From: Pseudomonadota bacterium
Lineage (GTDB): Bacteria; Pseudomonadota; Alphaproteobacteria; Rhizobiales; Hyphomicrobiaceae
Assembly: GCA_039819785.1 (NCBI GenBank)
Contig: JBCBRH010000009.1
Coordinates: 30,885-94,884 of the forward strand
Length of the DNA: 64,000 nucleotides
Direction of reading: 5' to 3'
Of the stretch, positions 10,795 to 22,019 are shown piece after piece. The notes under the pieces were generated by a model, which worked only from the letters and a program-made list of their open reading frames with translations, was not told where the DNA came from and did no database searches. Position numbers and translations under genes: made by a program. The first letter of the stretch is position 1, and each line of letters opens with the position of its first letter.

Positions 10795-10940
10795 GTTGGT
10801 GCACCGCCACGTAGCGGGTCACTAAACCACACGTCTTTGAACGTGCAGGAAGTCTGAAACCGAACGATGAAACGGTCTCACAATCTGGCCAACCAACGAG
10901 GCGGTCTGAACCTCAGTTAGAAGGCCGATCCACAGCGTCC

Positions 10941-11138
10941 TCAGCGACCCTGGCTGGCGCAGAGACATTCGACTTGCATGGCCTTTTCAAGACGGTGCAG
11001 GTCTTCGGGGATTTCATCACCAGCAGCCTCGTGGCGAAGAATTGTCTGCCGGACAAGGGCGTAACCCTCACGCGGATCATCAATTTCTTCAATGATGTCG
11101 TTCAATTCAACCAGTTCAGCCTGGACATCTTCGGTCAT
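10941..11138 (-). CDS. Small acidic hypothetical protein (65 aa)
   Basis: ATG preceded by a purine-rich GGGAAGGGA box. No recognisable motif. Confidence 0.3.
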   Translation of the reverse strand: MTEDVQAELVELNDIIEEIDDPREGYALVRQTILRHEAAGDEIPEDLHRLEKAMQVECLCASQGR

Positions 11139-11600
11139 TTGTAAATCCCTTCCCTAGGATCGTCGAGATCGCCCACCGGTCTTGGCCGGTTTGGCGAGTT
11201 TACCTGAGTCTTTCACGTCTGGCCGTTATGGCGTTTCCTCAAAAAGCTGTTTGCACGCTTTGAGAAGCGCCCAGGTCACTGTAGTCAGTCATTCTGGCCC
11301 AATGGATCTGCGGACCAGTATCATTTGTGTCTCTCGCACTGACCTTCAAGGTATGGCGATCAACAATTTTACTTCCGGTTGCGCTTCGTTGTTCCGATGT
11401 GCGGCAATTCAATGTCCCAAAGACGTCAACCACAGCTCACATGAGCGGGCAGCGACTTTGAGCGCGTTGAGCGATCGAAACAACACAGCCGTTTGGCGTA
11501 TGCAAAACAAACGCCATCGGACTTAACGCCATACCTCGAGTTTGCGCCTGAAGATTTAACCCTTCGTGTATCACCAGCCACAGCCGCTCCAATCCAATCA

Positions 11601-12638
11601 ATGGCCACCATGACACAATCCACAAATAGCGTTTGCGACATAAGCGGCATTGCCGTTGGTCATGCCCACGATGCGGCGATGGGTAGCGGAGTGACCGTGC
11701 TCCTGCCGGATGCCCCAGCCGTTGCCGCCGTCGACATTCGCGGTGGTGCACCAGGCACCCGTGAAACAGATGCCATCTCCGGCCGCGGCATCGTGGAACA
11801 CGTCCACGGGTTGGTGCTATCGGGCGGGTCGGCATTTGGCTTGAGTGCGGCTTCGGCGGTGCAGCAATTCCTGGCGCAGCAGGGCCGTGGGTTTGAAATC
11901 GCCGGCCTCCATGTCCCGATCGTGCCCCAGGCCATTTTATTCGATCTGCTTGTCGGTGATCGCGCGACCTCGCAAGACCCGATGCAGTATTTCGAGTTGG
12001 CAAAGGCCGCGTGCCAAAACGCTGGAGCCGACAAAGCCGAATGCGGGAACTGGGGCGCAGGCTTTGGTGCCACAACCGCCAATCTGCGCGGAGGGCTGGG
12101 CACCGCGTCCTACCGTTTGCACTGCGGTAGAACGATAGCAGCCATTGTCGCTGTCAATGCGCTCGGCTCCGTGACGATGGGAAAGACCGCACACTTTTGG
12201 GCGCACCCCTTGGAACGAAGCAACGAATTCGGTGGGCTCAGCGCTCCAAACGCCTGGAACGCGGAAGAAGATGCGACATCCGATCTCAAGGGTGCTCACG
12301 ATGATCGCGACGTCCCCATCAACACAACAATCGGCGCCGTTGTAACTGACGCTGCACTCGGCCAACAATCGTGTCAGCGCATCGCGGCCATGGCGCATAC
12401 CGGGCTGGCCCGGGCAATTCACCCTGTCCACACACCGCTGGATGGGGACACGATTTTCGCAATGGCCACCGGCACCCAGCCGGCACCTTCAAGCGCCCAC
12501 GATCTAGCGCGGTTGGGCGCAGCAGGGGCTGATTGTATGTCTCGGGCCGTGGCACGGGCAATTTACAGCGCAGCGCCAACCCCTGCAGGATGGGACGCCC
12601 CGCCCTCATATGCTGAGCGCTACGGTCACGGTGATTGA
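11601..12638 (+). CDS. P1/S58 family peptidase (DmpA/BapA-type aminopeptidase)
   Basis: SGIAVGHAHD, LSGGSAFGL and NTTIGAVVTDAAL match the DmpA/Ntn self-processing family. The start is placed at the ATG giving MATMTQSTN...; the track ORF begins at 11493. Confidence 0.8.
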   Translation: MATMTQSTNSVCDISGIAVGHAHDAAMGSGVTVLLPDAPAVAAVDIRGGAPGTRETDAISGRGIVEHVHGLVLSGGSAFGLSAASAVQQFLAQQGRGFEIAGLHVPIVPQAILFDLLVGDRATSQDPMQYFELAKAACQNAGADKAECGNWGAGFGATTANLRGGLGTASYRLHCGRTIAAIVAVNALGSVTMGKTAHFWAHPLERSNEFGGLSAPNAWNAEEDATSDLKGAHDDRDVPINTTIGAVVTDAALGQQSCQRIAAMAHTGLARAIHPVHTPLDGDTIFAMATGTQPAPSSAHDLARLGAAGADCMSRAVARAIYSAAPTPAGWDAPPSYAERYGHGD

Positions 12639-12786
12639 AGCGAACCGTGCCATTTGTTAGACGCTGCACGTCGTCGTTGTCGAGGCGGACCCCCATCTCA
12701 CAAATGCGGCCTGCCTCGTTCCTTGTCGGCTTTGCCTGTTTCCTGCTTCTGGCTTCGCCTTCCCGCTCACATCTGGACCCTCACAC

Positions 12787-14094
12787 ATGATCCCCCGCTA
12801 TTCCCGTCCGCAGATGACCGAAATCTGGACACCTGAGACCCGCTTTCGCATCTGGTTCGAGATCGAGGCTCACGCAGCGTCCGCCATGGCGGAACTGGGT
12901 GTCATTCCTCAGTCAGCGGCAGATACCATTTGGGAAAAAGGTGGGCAGGCCACGTTCGACATCGCACGCATTGACGAAATCGAGCGCGAGACCAAACACG
13001 ACGTCATTGCGTTCTTGACCCACCTTGCCGAACACGTTGGCCCCGAAGCCCGCTTCGTGCACCAGGGCATGACGTCATCGGACGTATTGGACACCTGCCT
13101 TTCAGTTCAGTTGAGCAAGGCAGCCGATATCATCCTGGAAGACATCGACAGGCTGCTGGAAGCGCTGAAAACGCGCGCATTTGAACACAAGACGACGCTG
13201 ACGATCGGGCGCAGCCACGGGATCCATGCAGAGCCCACCACATTCGGCGTCAAGCTGGCTTATGCCTATGCCGAGTTTGCCCGCTGTCGCGAACGCACGG
13301 TCGCAGCGCGCAAAGACATCGCGACATGCGCACTGTCAGGCGCGGTTGGCACGTACGCGAATATTGACCCGCGCATTGAAGTCTACGTTGCGGATAAACT
13401 TGGCCTCACACCGGAGCCTGTTTCAACGCAGATCATTCCGCGTGACCGGCATGCGATGTTTTTTGCAACCCTGGCGGTTATCGCATCCTCAGTGGAACGA
13501 CTGGCTGTCGAAGTTCGCCACCTGCAGCGCACCGAAGTGCTTGAGGCCGAAGAATGCTTCTCGCCCGGGCAAAAGGGATCATCGGCGATGCCGCACAAGC
13601 GCAACCCTGTCCTGACGGAGAACCTGACCGGGCTGGCGCGGATGGTGCGGGCCTATGCACTGCCTGCAATGGAAAACGTGGCGCTGTGGCATGAACGGGA
13701 TATCTCGCATTCCAGCGTCGAACGCATGATCGGCCCTGATGCAACCATCACGCTCGACTTTGCGCTGGGCCGGCTGGCCGGTGTCATCGAACAGCTGGTG
13801 ATCTATCCCAACCGCATGCTGGCCAATCTGGATCGCCTCGGCGGGCTCCATAACTCGCAACGCGTGTTGCTGGCATTAACCCAGGCAGGGCTCAGCCGGG
13901 AGGATAGCTACCGGTTGGTGCAACGCAACGCCATGAAGACCTGGAACGAGGGTAAGGACTTTCTGGCTGAGTTGAAGTCCGACGCAGACGTAACAGCCGC
14001 AGTCCCCGCCAAGGACCTCGAAGCGATGTTCGACATCGGCTATCATCTCAAGAACGTCGATACCATCTTCGAGCGGGTGTTTGGGGCCGCTTGA
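12787..14094 (+). CDS. purB: Adenylosuccinate lyase
   Basis: 435 aa. MIPRYSRPQM...IW N-terminus and the fumarate-lyase signature GQKGSSAMPHKRNP. Confidence 0.95.
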   Translation: MIPRYSRPQMTEIWTPETRFRIWFEIEAHAASAMAELGVIPQSAADTIWEKGGQATFDIARIDEIERETKHDVIAFLTHLAEHVGPEARFVHQGMTSSDVLDTCLSVQLSKAADIILEDIDRLLEALKTRAFEHKTTLTIGRSHGIHAEPTTFGVKLAYAYAEFARCRERTVAARKDIATCALSGAVGTYANIDPRIEVYVADKLGLTPEPVSTQIIPRDRHAMFFATLAVIASSVERLAVEVRHLQRTEVLEAEECFSPGQKGSSAMPHKRNPVLTENLTGLARMVRAYALPAMENVALWHERDISHSSVERMIGPDATITLDFALGRLAGVIEQLVIYPNRMLANLDRLGGLHNSQRVLLALTQAGLSREDSYRLVQRNAMKTWNEGKDFLAELKSDADVTAAVPAKDLEAMFDIGYHLKNVDTIFERVFGAA

Positions 14095-14125
14095 AGCCTC
14101 ATCATCCAGCTCAGGAGCGTGAGCG

Positions 14126-14734
14126 TTGCGCCTTTCAGACCTCGATATCGTCATCGTTCCCGGTTGGTCCAGTTCAGGGCCGGATCACTGGCAGACCCGA
14201 TGGGAAACCAAGTTCAAAACCGCGCGACGCATCGAGCAGGCGGATTGGATTGCGCCCAAGAAGCATGACTGGGTGAGTGCCATCGAAACCGAGTTGCGCC
14301 GCCACACAACACCCACGCTGGTGGTTGCCCACAGCCTCGGCGTGGTTGCCGCTGTTCATGCACTGGCGGAGTTGGGTGACGAGGCCGCAAACCATGTGCA
14401 TGGCGCTTTCCTGGTGGCACCGGCGGATGTCGAGAACGCCGACAAATGGCCGGTGACGCGGGGGCATACCTTCATCGACCATGGGCCTGGCTTCGCGCCC
14501 ATCCCGATGGCGCCCCTGACCGTACCGTCAGTAGTCATCGCCTCGGGCAGCGACCCATACTGCAGCCTCGAACGCGCCAAAGCTCTATCACAAGCTTGGG
14601 GTTCGTCGTTCGTGGAGGCTGGAGATGTCGGTCATATCAATGTCGACAGTGGTCATGGACCCTGGCCCGAAGGCCTGATGCGGGTTGGCTGGTTCCTCAA
14701 ACAGATCGAGGAAGGTCAACCAACCAGGCATTGA
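14126..14734 (+). CDS. RBBP9/YdeN-family alpha/beta serine hydrolase
   Basis: IVIVPGWSSSGPDHWQTRWE N-terminus and nucleophile elbow VAHSLG. About 200 aa, as in the family. TTG start. Confidence 0.75.
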   Translation: MRLSDLDIVIVPGWSSSGPDHWQTRWETKFKTARRIEQADWIAPKKHDWVSAIETELRRHTTPTLVVAHSLGVVAAVHALAELGDEAANHVHGAFLVAPADVENADKWPVTRGHTFIDHGPGFAPIPMAPLTVPSVVIASGSDPYCSLERAKALSQAWGSSFVEAGDVGHINVDSGHGPWPEGLMRVGWFLKQIEEGQPTRH

Positions 14735-14897
14735 AGACGCGGACGGCAAAAAGGGGGTCTGGGCAATCACACGCTAACTTTTCACTGTTCGTGGTGCCGG
14801 CACGCTCGCCGTTTAGCAAACGGCGAGCGGCGCATATTGTGCGTTCATCCAGCCAAACCAAACCGCTGCGTGCCTATCGACGAGAACGATCCGCGTC

Positions 14898-15224
14898 TCA
14901 CCCTTTGGAAGATTCAATCTGGGCGACGGCTTCGGCAAGAAAGTTGACCATGACCTCGCGCAGTTCTTGATCTGACACCTCCACGCCCTTTGCGTCCAGA
15001 TCGGCGCGGACCTTGCGGAACACATCGTCATCACCGGCTTCTTCCAGATCAGCGCGACGAACCTCTTTCTTGTAATCGGCTACCGCGTCCCCGGTAATTC
15101 CAAGTTTCTCGGCGACCCATTCACCAAGCAGGTTGTTGCGGCGGGCCTCAGCTTTGAATTTCAGGTCCTGATCATGCGCGAATTTTGCCTCAAACGCCTT
15201 CTCGCGCTCATTGAACGTCGCCAT
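14898..15224 (-). CDS. DUF1476 protein (F1-ATPase inhibitor zeta-subunit family)
   Basis: MATFNEREKAFEAKFAHDQDLKFKAEARRNNLLGEWVAEKLG is the family hallmark. The ATG at 15224 has GGAG 7 nt upstream. Confidence 0.8.
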   Translation of the reverse strand: MATFNEREKAFEAKFAHDQDLKFKAEARRNNLLGEWVAEKLGITGDAVADYKKEVRRADLEEAGDDDVFRKVRADLDAKGVEVSDQELREVMVNFLAEAVAQIESSKG

Positions 15225-15638
15225 CGAATTTCTCCATCTGGGAACGTTGATTTCCTCAACGCTCTTCTTTTGTACCATAAAACCAATTTACCACACCCTG
15301 TGCCTTGGCAAACACAACGGCTGCGGAACCAGCCAACGCGCAGCATCGATTAACCACGTCTGTCCCATAAATCAACGCGAGAACCGGTGCGAACGGCTTT
15401 CATCGCGCAAGTGGTAAGATCGTTTTCAAACGGCCCTCGCGTTAACATTGTCCTGCGCGGGCTGTTCGGCTAGGGTCCGGCTTCTGAAATCAGCCCGACA
15501 TGCTTTCAGATAAATCGTATGTGCACCCCCGGAAATTCTAGCCGACAGAGCTGAAAATCGAGCGGTGTCAAAGGGCTGAACCACCCGATGTGACAACAGT
15601 TAAGACATGGCATGAGCAGCATTCTCAAGGGACCCGGA

Positions 15639-16430
15639 ATGAACAGGCGCCGCCGCATTTACGAGGGCAAGGCTAAGGTACTCTATGAGGGTCCCGAGCC
15701 AGGCACCCTCATCCAACACTTCAAGGACGATACGACAGCCTTCAACAACGAAAAACACGACATCATCGAAGGCAAGGGCGTCCTCAACAATCGCATTTCC
15801 GAGCTGGTTTTTACACGTCTCGGTGAAATCGGTGTGCCAACGCATTTCGTGCGCCGCTTGAATATGCGCGAGCAGCTGATCCGCGAAGTCGAGATCATTC
15901 CGCTTGAGGTCGTCGTTCGCAACGTCGCAGCCGGTTCGCTGGCAAAGCGGCTTGGCCTGGAGGAAGGCACCCAGCTTCCGCGGTCGATCATCGAGTTCTA
16001 CTACAAAGACGACAAGCTCGGCGACCCGATGGTGTCCGAAGAGCACATTACAGCGTTCGGATGGGCAGCCCCTCAGGAGATCGACGAGACGATGCAGCTT
16101 GCGCTGCGCATCAACGATTTCCTGGTTGGGCTCTTCCTCGGCATCGGGATCCGGTTGGTGGATTTCAAGGTCGAGTTCGGCCGGTTGTGGGAAAACGATC
16201 AGATGCGGATCTTGCTGGCCGATGAAATCAGCCCGGACAGCTGCCGTCTGTGGGACATCAAAAGCGGCGAGAAGCTTGATAAGGACCGCTTCCGGCGTGA
16301 CCTGGGCGGTGTGCTCGAAGCTTACCAGGATGTCGCCAAGCGGCTCGGGATCCTGAATGAAAATCGCCCGCCCAAAGGCGTCGGTCCCGTGCTCGTTGCG
16401 TCGAACACGGACGATGCCAAAGCGGATTGA
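15639..16430 (+). CDS. purC: SAICAR synthetase
   Basis: [18 protein letters not shown]..., [32 protein letters not shown] upstream of the ATG at 15639. Confidence 0.95.
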   Translation: MNRRRRIYEGKAKVLYEGPEPGTLIQHFKDDTTAFNNEKHDIIEGKGVLNNRISELVFTRLGEIGVPTHFVRRLNMREQLIREVEIIPLEVVVRNVAAGSLAKRLGLEEGTQLPRSIIEFYYKDDKLGDPMVSEEHITAFGWAAPQEIDETMQLALRINDFLVGLFLGIGIRLVDFKVEFGRLWENDQMRILLADEISPDSCRLWDIKSGEKLDKDRFRRDLGGVLEAYQDVAKRLGILNENRPPKGVGPVLVASNTDDAKAD

Positions 16431-16454
16431 TAAACTGCAAAGTCTTTACAAGAT

Positions 16455-16489
16455 GGCGCTGGTTCAGCATTGATCCAGCGCCTTTTTTT
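16455..16489 (+). terminator. Rho-independent terminator between purC and purS
   Basis: Perfect 8-bp stem GGCGCTGG/CCAGCGCC, 12-nt loop, then TTTTTTT. Confidence 0.7.
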
Positions 16490-16516
16490 GTAAAACCACC
16501 CAACCGGGACCACCAG

Positions 16517-16759
16517 ATGAAAGCGATCATCAAAGTCACCTTGAAAAACGGGGTCCTCGACCCGCAGGGCAAAGCTATCCAGCAGGCGCTGGGCGGGCTC
16601 GGTCTCTCGGGCGTGGATGAGGTACGGCAGGGCAAGTTGATTGAAATGAACCTTGCGACGGGCAACGAGGATGAAGCCCGCGAACTGGTCGAGAAAGCTT
16701 GTCGCGACCTGCTGGCGAATACCGTCATTGAAAACTACACCTACGACATTCTGCCCTGA
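16517..16759 (+). CDS. purS: FGAM synthase subunit PurS
   Basis: 80 aa, MKAIIKVTLKNGVLDPQGKAIQQALGGLG... Start moved to the ATG at 16517; the track ORF begins at 16427, spanning the terminator. Confidence 0.9.
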   Translation: MKAIIKVTLKNGVLDPQGKAIQQALGGLGLSGVDEVRQGKLIEMNLATGNEDEARELVEKACRDLLANTVIENYTYDILP

Positions 16760-16886
16760 GGCATCGGTCAGGTTGAGTGATCAAACCACTTGGGCGGGGC
16801 GAAGATCAGTTGAACGACGTGCGATGCGGCCCCACACACACTGCGAGCTTGCACAATCACAGTTTTTCGAAGTTTGGAGAATGATT

Positions 16887-17657
16887 ATGACGCGACCTTG
16901 GGTCTTGAGATCAGGGTTGGTTTCGAAGGCAAGCCTAGCGGCTGCGCTCGTCATATTGGTCACGCCTGGAGTGACCGTGGCAGAGACACCCGATGGTGTT
17001 CAGGCCTCAGCTTTGCTGTCTGATGTGGCCGATGGCAGTGACCTGTTGATCGCGTGCCAGACAACCGCACTCGCCATGAACACATCGCCGTTCAAGTCCT
17101 CACAAGGCACCATCACCATTCGTGTGGTTCTCGATGGCACAGAGGACGGAAGACGCAAAGGCAAGTGGTTCGTCGCCGATATCGGCACCAACCACGACCA
17201 GTCGTTTGCCGTGGCCGCGCGCAATAGCTGCAAGGACGGGTGTACACTCCGGCTCGCCAGCCCACCGCCCAAGGCCGCGAATGAGGCAGCAGCCGCCAAT
17301 CAAGGGGCTTCACCACGCCCCGGCACCCCAAACCCGCCAGCCACCCAACTGGAGTTGTGGGACCCCAACCCCATGGGGATCGACAAGCTCAACCCCGATC
17401 AGACATTGACGATCGCTACGTTCAAGCTGCCATCATTTGATCTGAAGGCCTCGAAGTTCGAGGGTCGGGCGCCGTTGATTTTTGAACAGGGTCAATGCGA
17501 ACGCATCGCCGCCCTGCCGGCAGCAAAAACCGAAACCGCGCCGGACACAGGGGCAAAGCCATCCGAACAGTCGGGGGCCAATCCGGACCCGCAGGACAAA
17601 CCCGACACAACGCCGAAAGCCACCGCCGAACCCGCAAAAGAGGCCGCCAAGCCATGA
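16887..17657 (+). CDS. Secreted hypothetical protein with Pro/Ala/Lys-rich tail, inserted between purS and purQ
   Basis: GGAG 7 nt upstream of the ATG at 16887. Signal peptide (...[18 protein letters not shown]), four Cys, C-terminal low-complexity tail. The stop overlaps the purQ ATG (ATGA). Confidence 0.5.
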   Translation: MTRPWVLRSGLVSKASLAAALVILVTPGVTVAETPDGVQASALLSDVADGSDLLIACQTTALAMNTSPFKSSQGTITIRVVLDGTEDGRRKGKWFVADIGTNHDQSFAVAARNSCKDGCTLRLASPPPKAANEAAAANQGASPRPGTPNPPATQLELWDPNPMGIDKLNPDQTLTIATFKLPSFDLKASKFEGRAPLIFEQGQCERIAALPAAKTETAPDTGAKPSEQSGANPDPQDKPDTTPKATAEPAKEAAKP

Positions 17658-18361
17658 ACCGGATCAGCGTCATCGTCTTTCCCGGGTCCAACTGTGACCG
17701 CGACGTGAAGGTTGCATTCGAACGCGTCACGGGCGCGAAGGTCCAGATGGTGTGGCACGGAGAAAGTACCGTTCCCGACTGCGATATGATTGTGCTTCCA
17801 GGCGGGTTCTCGTATGGCGACTACCTGCGCTGCGGGGCGATGGCCGCTCATTCACCCATCATGCGAGATTGTGTGAGAAAGGCCCGCGAAGGCACACCGC
17901 TCCTTGGCATCTGCAACGGCTTCCAGATGCTGCTCGAAACCGGCCTGCTGCCCGGCGCACTCATGCGGAACGCATCGCTGAAATTCATCTGCCGCGACAT
18001 TCATTTGACGTGTGAAAACACTGAAACACCGTTCACTGGGGCCTACCGGCGCGGTGAAACCATTCGCATTCCCATTGCACACCACGACGGCAACTACTTT
18101 GCCGATGAAGACACCCTGAAGCGCCTTGAAGGCGATGGGCGGGTGGTGTTTCGTTATTGCGATGCAAGCGGACAGGCGACCGCTGCTGCCAACCCCAACG
18201 GCTCCCAGCGCAACATCGCCGGCATCTGTTCTGCAAACGGCCGCATCGTCGGGATGATGCCCCACCCTGAACGGCTGTATGAACCTGCACTTGGCGGGAC
18301 GGACGGCCGCCGTATTTTCGAAAGCGCTGCGTTGTTCATGGCGCAGACGGCTCTGGTTTGA
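17654..18361 (+). CDS. purQ: FGAM synthase glutaminase subunit PurQ
   Basis: [27 protein letters not shown], catalytic [15 protein letters not shown]. Confidence 0.95.
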   Translation: MNRISVIVFPGSNCDRDVKVAFERVTGAKVQMVWHGESTVPDCDMIVLPGGFSYGDYLRCGAMAAHSPIMRDCVRKAREGTPLLGICNGFQMLLETGLLPGALMRNASLKFICRDIHLTCENTETPFTGAYRRGETIRIPIAHHDGNYFADEDTLKRLEGDGRVVFRYCDASGQATAAANPNGSQRNIAGICSANGRIVGMMPHPERLYEPALGGTDGRRIFESAALFMAQTALV

Positions 18362-18393
18362 CCACGAAACCACGGGCGCATCGCCCATGGACA

Positions 18394-18431
18394 AAAAAAC
18401 GGCGGCCCACCTTTCAAAAGGTGGACCACCG
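18394..18431 (-). terminator. Intrinsic terminator for the minus-strand gene ending at 18468
   Basis: Imperfect GC-rich hairpin (CGG.GG.CCAC / GTGG.CC.CCG, 9-nt loop), followed on the minus strand by T7 (plus-strand A7 at 18394-18400). Confidence 0.5.
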
Positions 18432-18467
18432 CATAACTCACACAGACTGTCAGTCGTGACGTTCGGA

Positions 18468-18845
18468 TCAGTTCGCTTTGTAGGCGACGTTCAGGACCGG
18501 ACGCAATTCAATGGTTTTGGCCGTCGCACTACACTTGAATGCGACCGCATAACCATAACCGTCAGCCATCTTGAAGGATTTTCCCGGAGCGATGTCCACG
18601 TTGACCCGGGTCGGGTTCCAGTCTTTGGCAGAATATCTGGCATCGGACGTTGAGAACGTCGCTTTGCACTGCCCGTCTCGTGACAGAAAATAGACCATGG
18701 TCCGCTTGAGACCGATGTCCAAGCTCACGCCATGACCCTCCTTCAGCACACTGGCAAATGCTGGCTGTTGCGCCGTAGCTGCCTGCGTTGAAAGTGCGAG
18801 GACCGCTGCTGTAAGCGCGATCGAACACGTTTTTAGGACTGTCAT
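18468..18845 (-). CDS. Small secreted hypothetical protein
   Basis: AGGAG 9 nt upstream of the ATG at 18845. Signal peptide MTVLKTCSIALTAAVLALSTQAATAQQ. Beta-rich, two Cys. Confidence 0.45.
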   Translation of the reverse strand: MTVLKTCSIALTAAVLALSTQAATAQQPAFASVLKEGHGVSLDIGLKRTMVYFLSRDGQCKATFSTSDARYSAKDWNPTRVNVDIAPGKSFKMADGYGYAVAFKCSATAKTIELRPVLNVAYKAN

Positions 18846-19082
18846 AGTAATCGTCTCCTGTTCTACGGCGCGGCTAAAGCAACTGGTGTCCGCGCCATAA
18901 TCGGTCAACAAAGATGGCAACGCCCCTGCACCACACAGAGGCGAGCGGCTGACCGTCATCGAACGATACAGGGAATTGTTCGAAGCTTGCAGCGCTATTG
19001 CTGCACCGCAGCAATGCACCATCATCAGCGCGGTTTGGACGCAGAAATCTTAAACGATTTCTCAACGTCGTAACGTGTGCGC

Positions 19083-19610
19083 CTATTCAACGCCAGGCCC
19101 GAGTTTTACGGAGTTTTTCAAACCACCACCGCCCATAAACACCGCCAGAATCCGAACGGGTTTATCACCGAGGTTTTGACCATCGTGGGGTGTCCACATG
19201 GCTTCCATCAGACTGTCACCAGTCCGGTACACGCGCTGGCCATGACCCTTGTAGGTCACCGTCAGTTCGCCTTCGAGCATATATCCGAACAGTGGGACCT
19301 CGTGAAAATGCCAACCGGTTTCCGCTCCAGGCGGCATGGTAACGATAACCGCTGTGATTTTCGCATCGCCGTCGTTTGGGTATGTAATGGGCTGGTCAAG
19401 GACGGTCTTGGTGGTCGACAACAGCTTTTCCAATGACGCTTTGGGCTTTGCTAGAGCCTCTCGTTGAACACCACCCGGATTGGCAGGCTCGGACTTCGCC
19501 GCCGTAGGAGACAAGGCCAAAGCCGCGCCACTCACCCGAAGCTGCTCAAACCCGAGCACCATCGCCCCGCCTAAGACCGCCCCTAGACCCAGACCAATGA
19601 TCGCTTTCAT
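19083..19610 (-). CDS. Cupin-domain protein with N-terminal signal/anchor
   Basis: C-terminal half has the cupin pattern (PGAETGWHFHEVPLFGYMLEGELTVTYKGHG...EAMWTPHDGQN). Hydrophobic N-terminus. Confidence 0.6.
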   Translation of the reverse strand: MKAIIGLGLGAVLGGAMVLGFEQLRVSGAALALSPTAAKSEPANPGGVQREALAKPKASLEKLLSTTKTVLDQPITYPNDGDAKITAVIVTMPPGAETGWHFHEVPLFGYMLEGELTVTYKGHGQRVYRTGDSLMEAMWTPHDGQNLGDKPVRILAVFMGGGGLKNSVKLGPGVE

Positions 19611-19747
19611 TCCACCCCTCCTGTAGCCGCTTCATTTGTGGCCAGTCACGCTGCCGACAGCCTGCTTCCATCTCTCATCAGACATAGGCGACACCTGCTG
19701 ATGAACCGGGTATAAGCGGGGCGTCCCCAACAACTTAAGCGCATCAG

Positions 19748-21967
19748 ATGACCACCGAATCACTCGTTAAACCTACCATTTCTGAGCAGACCGTGGCCGA
19801 GCACGGCCTCAAGCCGGACGAATACAAGCGCCTGCTTGAGATCATGGGGCGCGAACCAACACTGACAGAACTTGGAATCTTCTCGGTGATGTGGTCTGAG
19901 CATTGCTCCTATAAGTCGTCACGCATTTGGCTCAAGACGCTGCCGACAGACGGGCCGCAGGTCATTCAGGGGCCAGGTGAGAACGCGGGCGTGGTGGACA
20001 TCGGCGATGGCGATGCAGTCGTCTTCAAGATGGAGAGCCACAATCACCCCTCCTACATCGAGCCCTATCAAGGCGCAGCAACCGGCGTCGGTGGAATTAT
20101 GCGCGACGTCTTCACCATGGGCGCGCGCCCGATCGCAAACCTGAACGCGCTGCGCTTTGGGTCACCAGATCACGCCAAGACCCGGCACCTCGTCTCAGGC
20201 GTCGTTGCCGGCATCGGTGGGTATGGCAATTGTGTTGGCGTTCCAACCGTCGGCGGTGAGACGAATTTCGACGCGGGCTACAACAACAATATACTCGTCA
20301 ATGCCATGTGCATCGGTTTGGCGAAAGCTGACAGCATCTTCTACTCGGCAGCAAAAAATCCAGGGCTGCAGGTGGTGTACGTCGGCTCCAAGACGGGCCG
20401 GGACGGAATCCACGGTGCCACAATGGCGTCCGCTGAGTTTGATGAAAACTCAGATGAAAAACGTCCAACGGTTCAAGTCGGCGATCCGTTCACCGAAAAA
20501 CTGCTCATCGAAGCGTGCCTGGAGTTGATGGCAACCGACGCAATCGATGCGATCCAGGACATGGGTGCCGCCGGCCTGACGTCATCGACAGCCGAGATGG
20601 CAGACAAGGGTGGAACCGGCATTGAGCTGAACCTTGATGATGTTCCCCAGCGCGAAAGCGGCATGACGGCCTACGAGATGATGCTGTCCGAAAGTCAGGA
20701 GCGGATGTTGATGATCCTGCGCCCCGGCCGGGAAGCCCAAGCCGAGGCGATCTTCAAAAAGTGGGGGCTCGACTTTGCCGTCATCGGTCGAACGACTGCA
20801 ACGGGCCGAATGGTTGTTCGGCATAAGGGCGTGGTTGAAGCCGATATCCCCGTGGCATCCCTGGCCGACAGTGCTCCGCTGTATGATCGCCCTTGGCGGG
20901 CCACAACCCCGCCAAAGGCCCTTCTGGCCGAATGGGTCCCGCCGCCAACCACCGGTGTCTTGCCGACGTTGAAGGACATGATGGGCAGCCCGGCCCTCGC
21001 CTCGCGGCGATGGATCTGGGATCAGTACGACCACATGGTCATGGGCGATACGATCCAAAGACCAGGCGGCGATGCCGCTGTGGTGCGCATCCATGGCTCG
21101 AACAAGGCGATCGCGGCGACATGTGACTGTACGCCCCGCTATGTTCAGGCAGACCCCGCAATGGGCGCCAAACAAGCTGTCGTCGAGACATGGCGAAACC
21201 TTATAGCCGTCGGCGCCAAGCCGCTCGCGATCACCGACAACCTGAATTTCGCGAGCCCGGAGCGCCGCGAGGTGATGGGGCAGATCGTCGGTTCCATACG
21301 GGGCATGGGCGAAGCCTGCCGCGTTCTTGATTACCCCGTCGTTTCAGGAAACGTGTCACTCTACAACGAGACCAACGGCGTTGGCATTCCACCCACACCT
21401 GCGATCGGCGGCGTCGGAGTGCTCCACGATTACCGCCAGTCAGCCGATATGGCGTTGAAATCGGTCGGCGGGTTGCTGATCTTGATCGGTCGCGAGCAAG
21501 GCTGGCTCGGCCAAAGCCTCTATCAGCAGCATGTTTCGCGCAAGCTTGAGGGCGCGCCGCCCGCCGTCGATCTGGCGGATGAATTAAAGGCCGGGCACCT
21601 TGTCCGGTCACTTATTAACGAAGGCAAGACCAACACCGTGCACGATTGTTCCGATGGCGGCTTGCTCGTCACGGTGGCGGAAATGGCATTGGCGGGTAAT
21701 ACCGGTGTCGAACTGTTCCCCTATGAAGGCAAACTGCCAACACACGCGGTTTGGTTCGGCGAAGACCAAGGGCGCTATGTGCTTGAAGTCTCACCCGACT
21801 CCGCAGAGCAGATTGCACGGCGTGCCCGGCTTCTTGCTCTACCGGCCCGCATCATAGGCCGCGTTGGCGGAGATCACATTAAACTGGCCGGTGAAACAGC
21901 CCTACCGCTGTCGGCTTTGCGGAAGGCGCACGAAAGCTGGTTGCCTGATGTGATGGGTGGCGCCTGA
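19748..21967 (+). CDS. purL: FGAM synthase subunit PurL
   Basis: 739 aa. [34 protein letters not shown], small-PurL architecture. Confidence 0.95.
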   Translation: MTTESLVKPTISEQTVAEHGLKPDEYKRLLEIMGREPTLTELGIFSVMWSEHCSYKSSRIWLKTLPTDGPQVIQGPGENAGVVDIGDGDAVVFKMESHNHPSYIEPYQGAATGVGGIMRDVFTMGARPIANLNALRFGSPDHAKTRHLVSGVVAGIGGYGNCVGVPTVGGETNFDAGYNNNILVNAMCIGLAKADSIFYSAAKNPGLQVVYVGSKTGRDGIHGATMASAEFDENSDEKRPTVQVGDPFTEKLLIEACLELMATDAIDAIQDMGAAGLTSSTAEMADKGGTGIELNLDDVPQRESGMTAYEMMLSESQERMLMILRPGREAQAEAIFKKWGLDFAVIGRTTATGRMVVRHKGVVEADIPVASLADSAPLYDRPWRATTPPKALLAEWVPPPTTGVLPTLKDMMGSPALASRRWIWDQYDHMVMGDTIQRPGGDAAVVRIHGSNKAIAATCDCTPRYVQADPAMGAKQAVVETWRNLIAVGAKPLAITDNLNFASPERREVMGQIVGSIRGMGEACRVLDYPVVSGNVSLYNETNGVGIPPTPAIGGVGVLHDYRQSADMALKSVGGLLILIGREQGWLGQSLYQQHVSRKLEGAPPAVDLADELKAGHLVRSLINEGKTNTVHDCSDGGLLVTVAEMALAGNTGVELFPYEGKLPTHAVWFGEDQGRYVLEVSPDSAEQIARRARLLALPARIIGRVGGDHIKLAGETALPLSALRKAHESWLPDVMGGA

Positions 21968-22019
21968 GCGGCGCCTGAGGGTCAGCCGGGGACTTGACCC
22001 CGACCCTTCTGCGCGCGAC

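Noticed and set aside
15279-15638. Possible purine/ZTP-type riboswitch upstream of purC
   Set aside because: I looked by eye for the conserved ZTP (pfl) 3' element and for purine-riboswitch junction sequences and did not see them. A covariance-model scan would be needed to exclude one.
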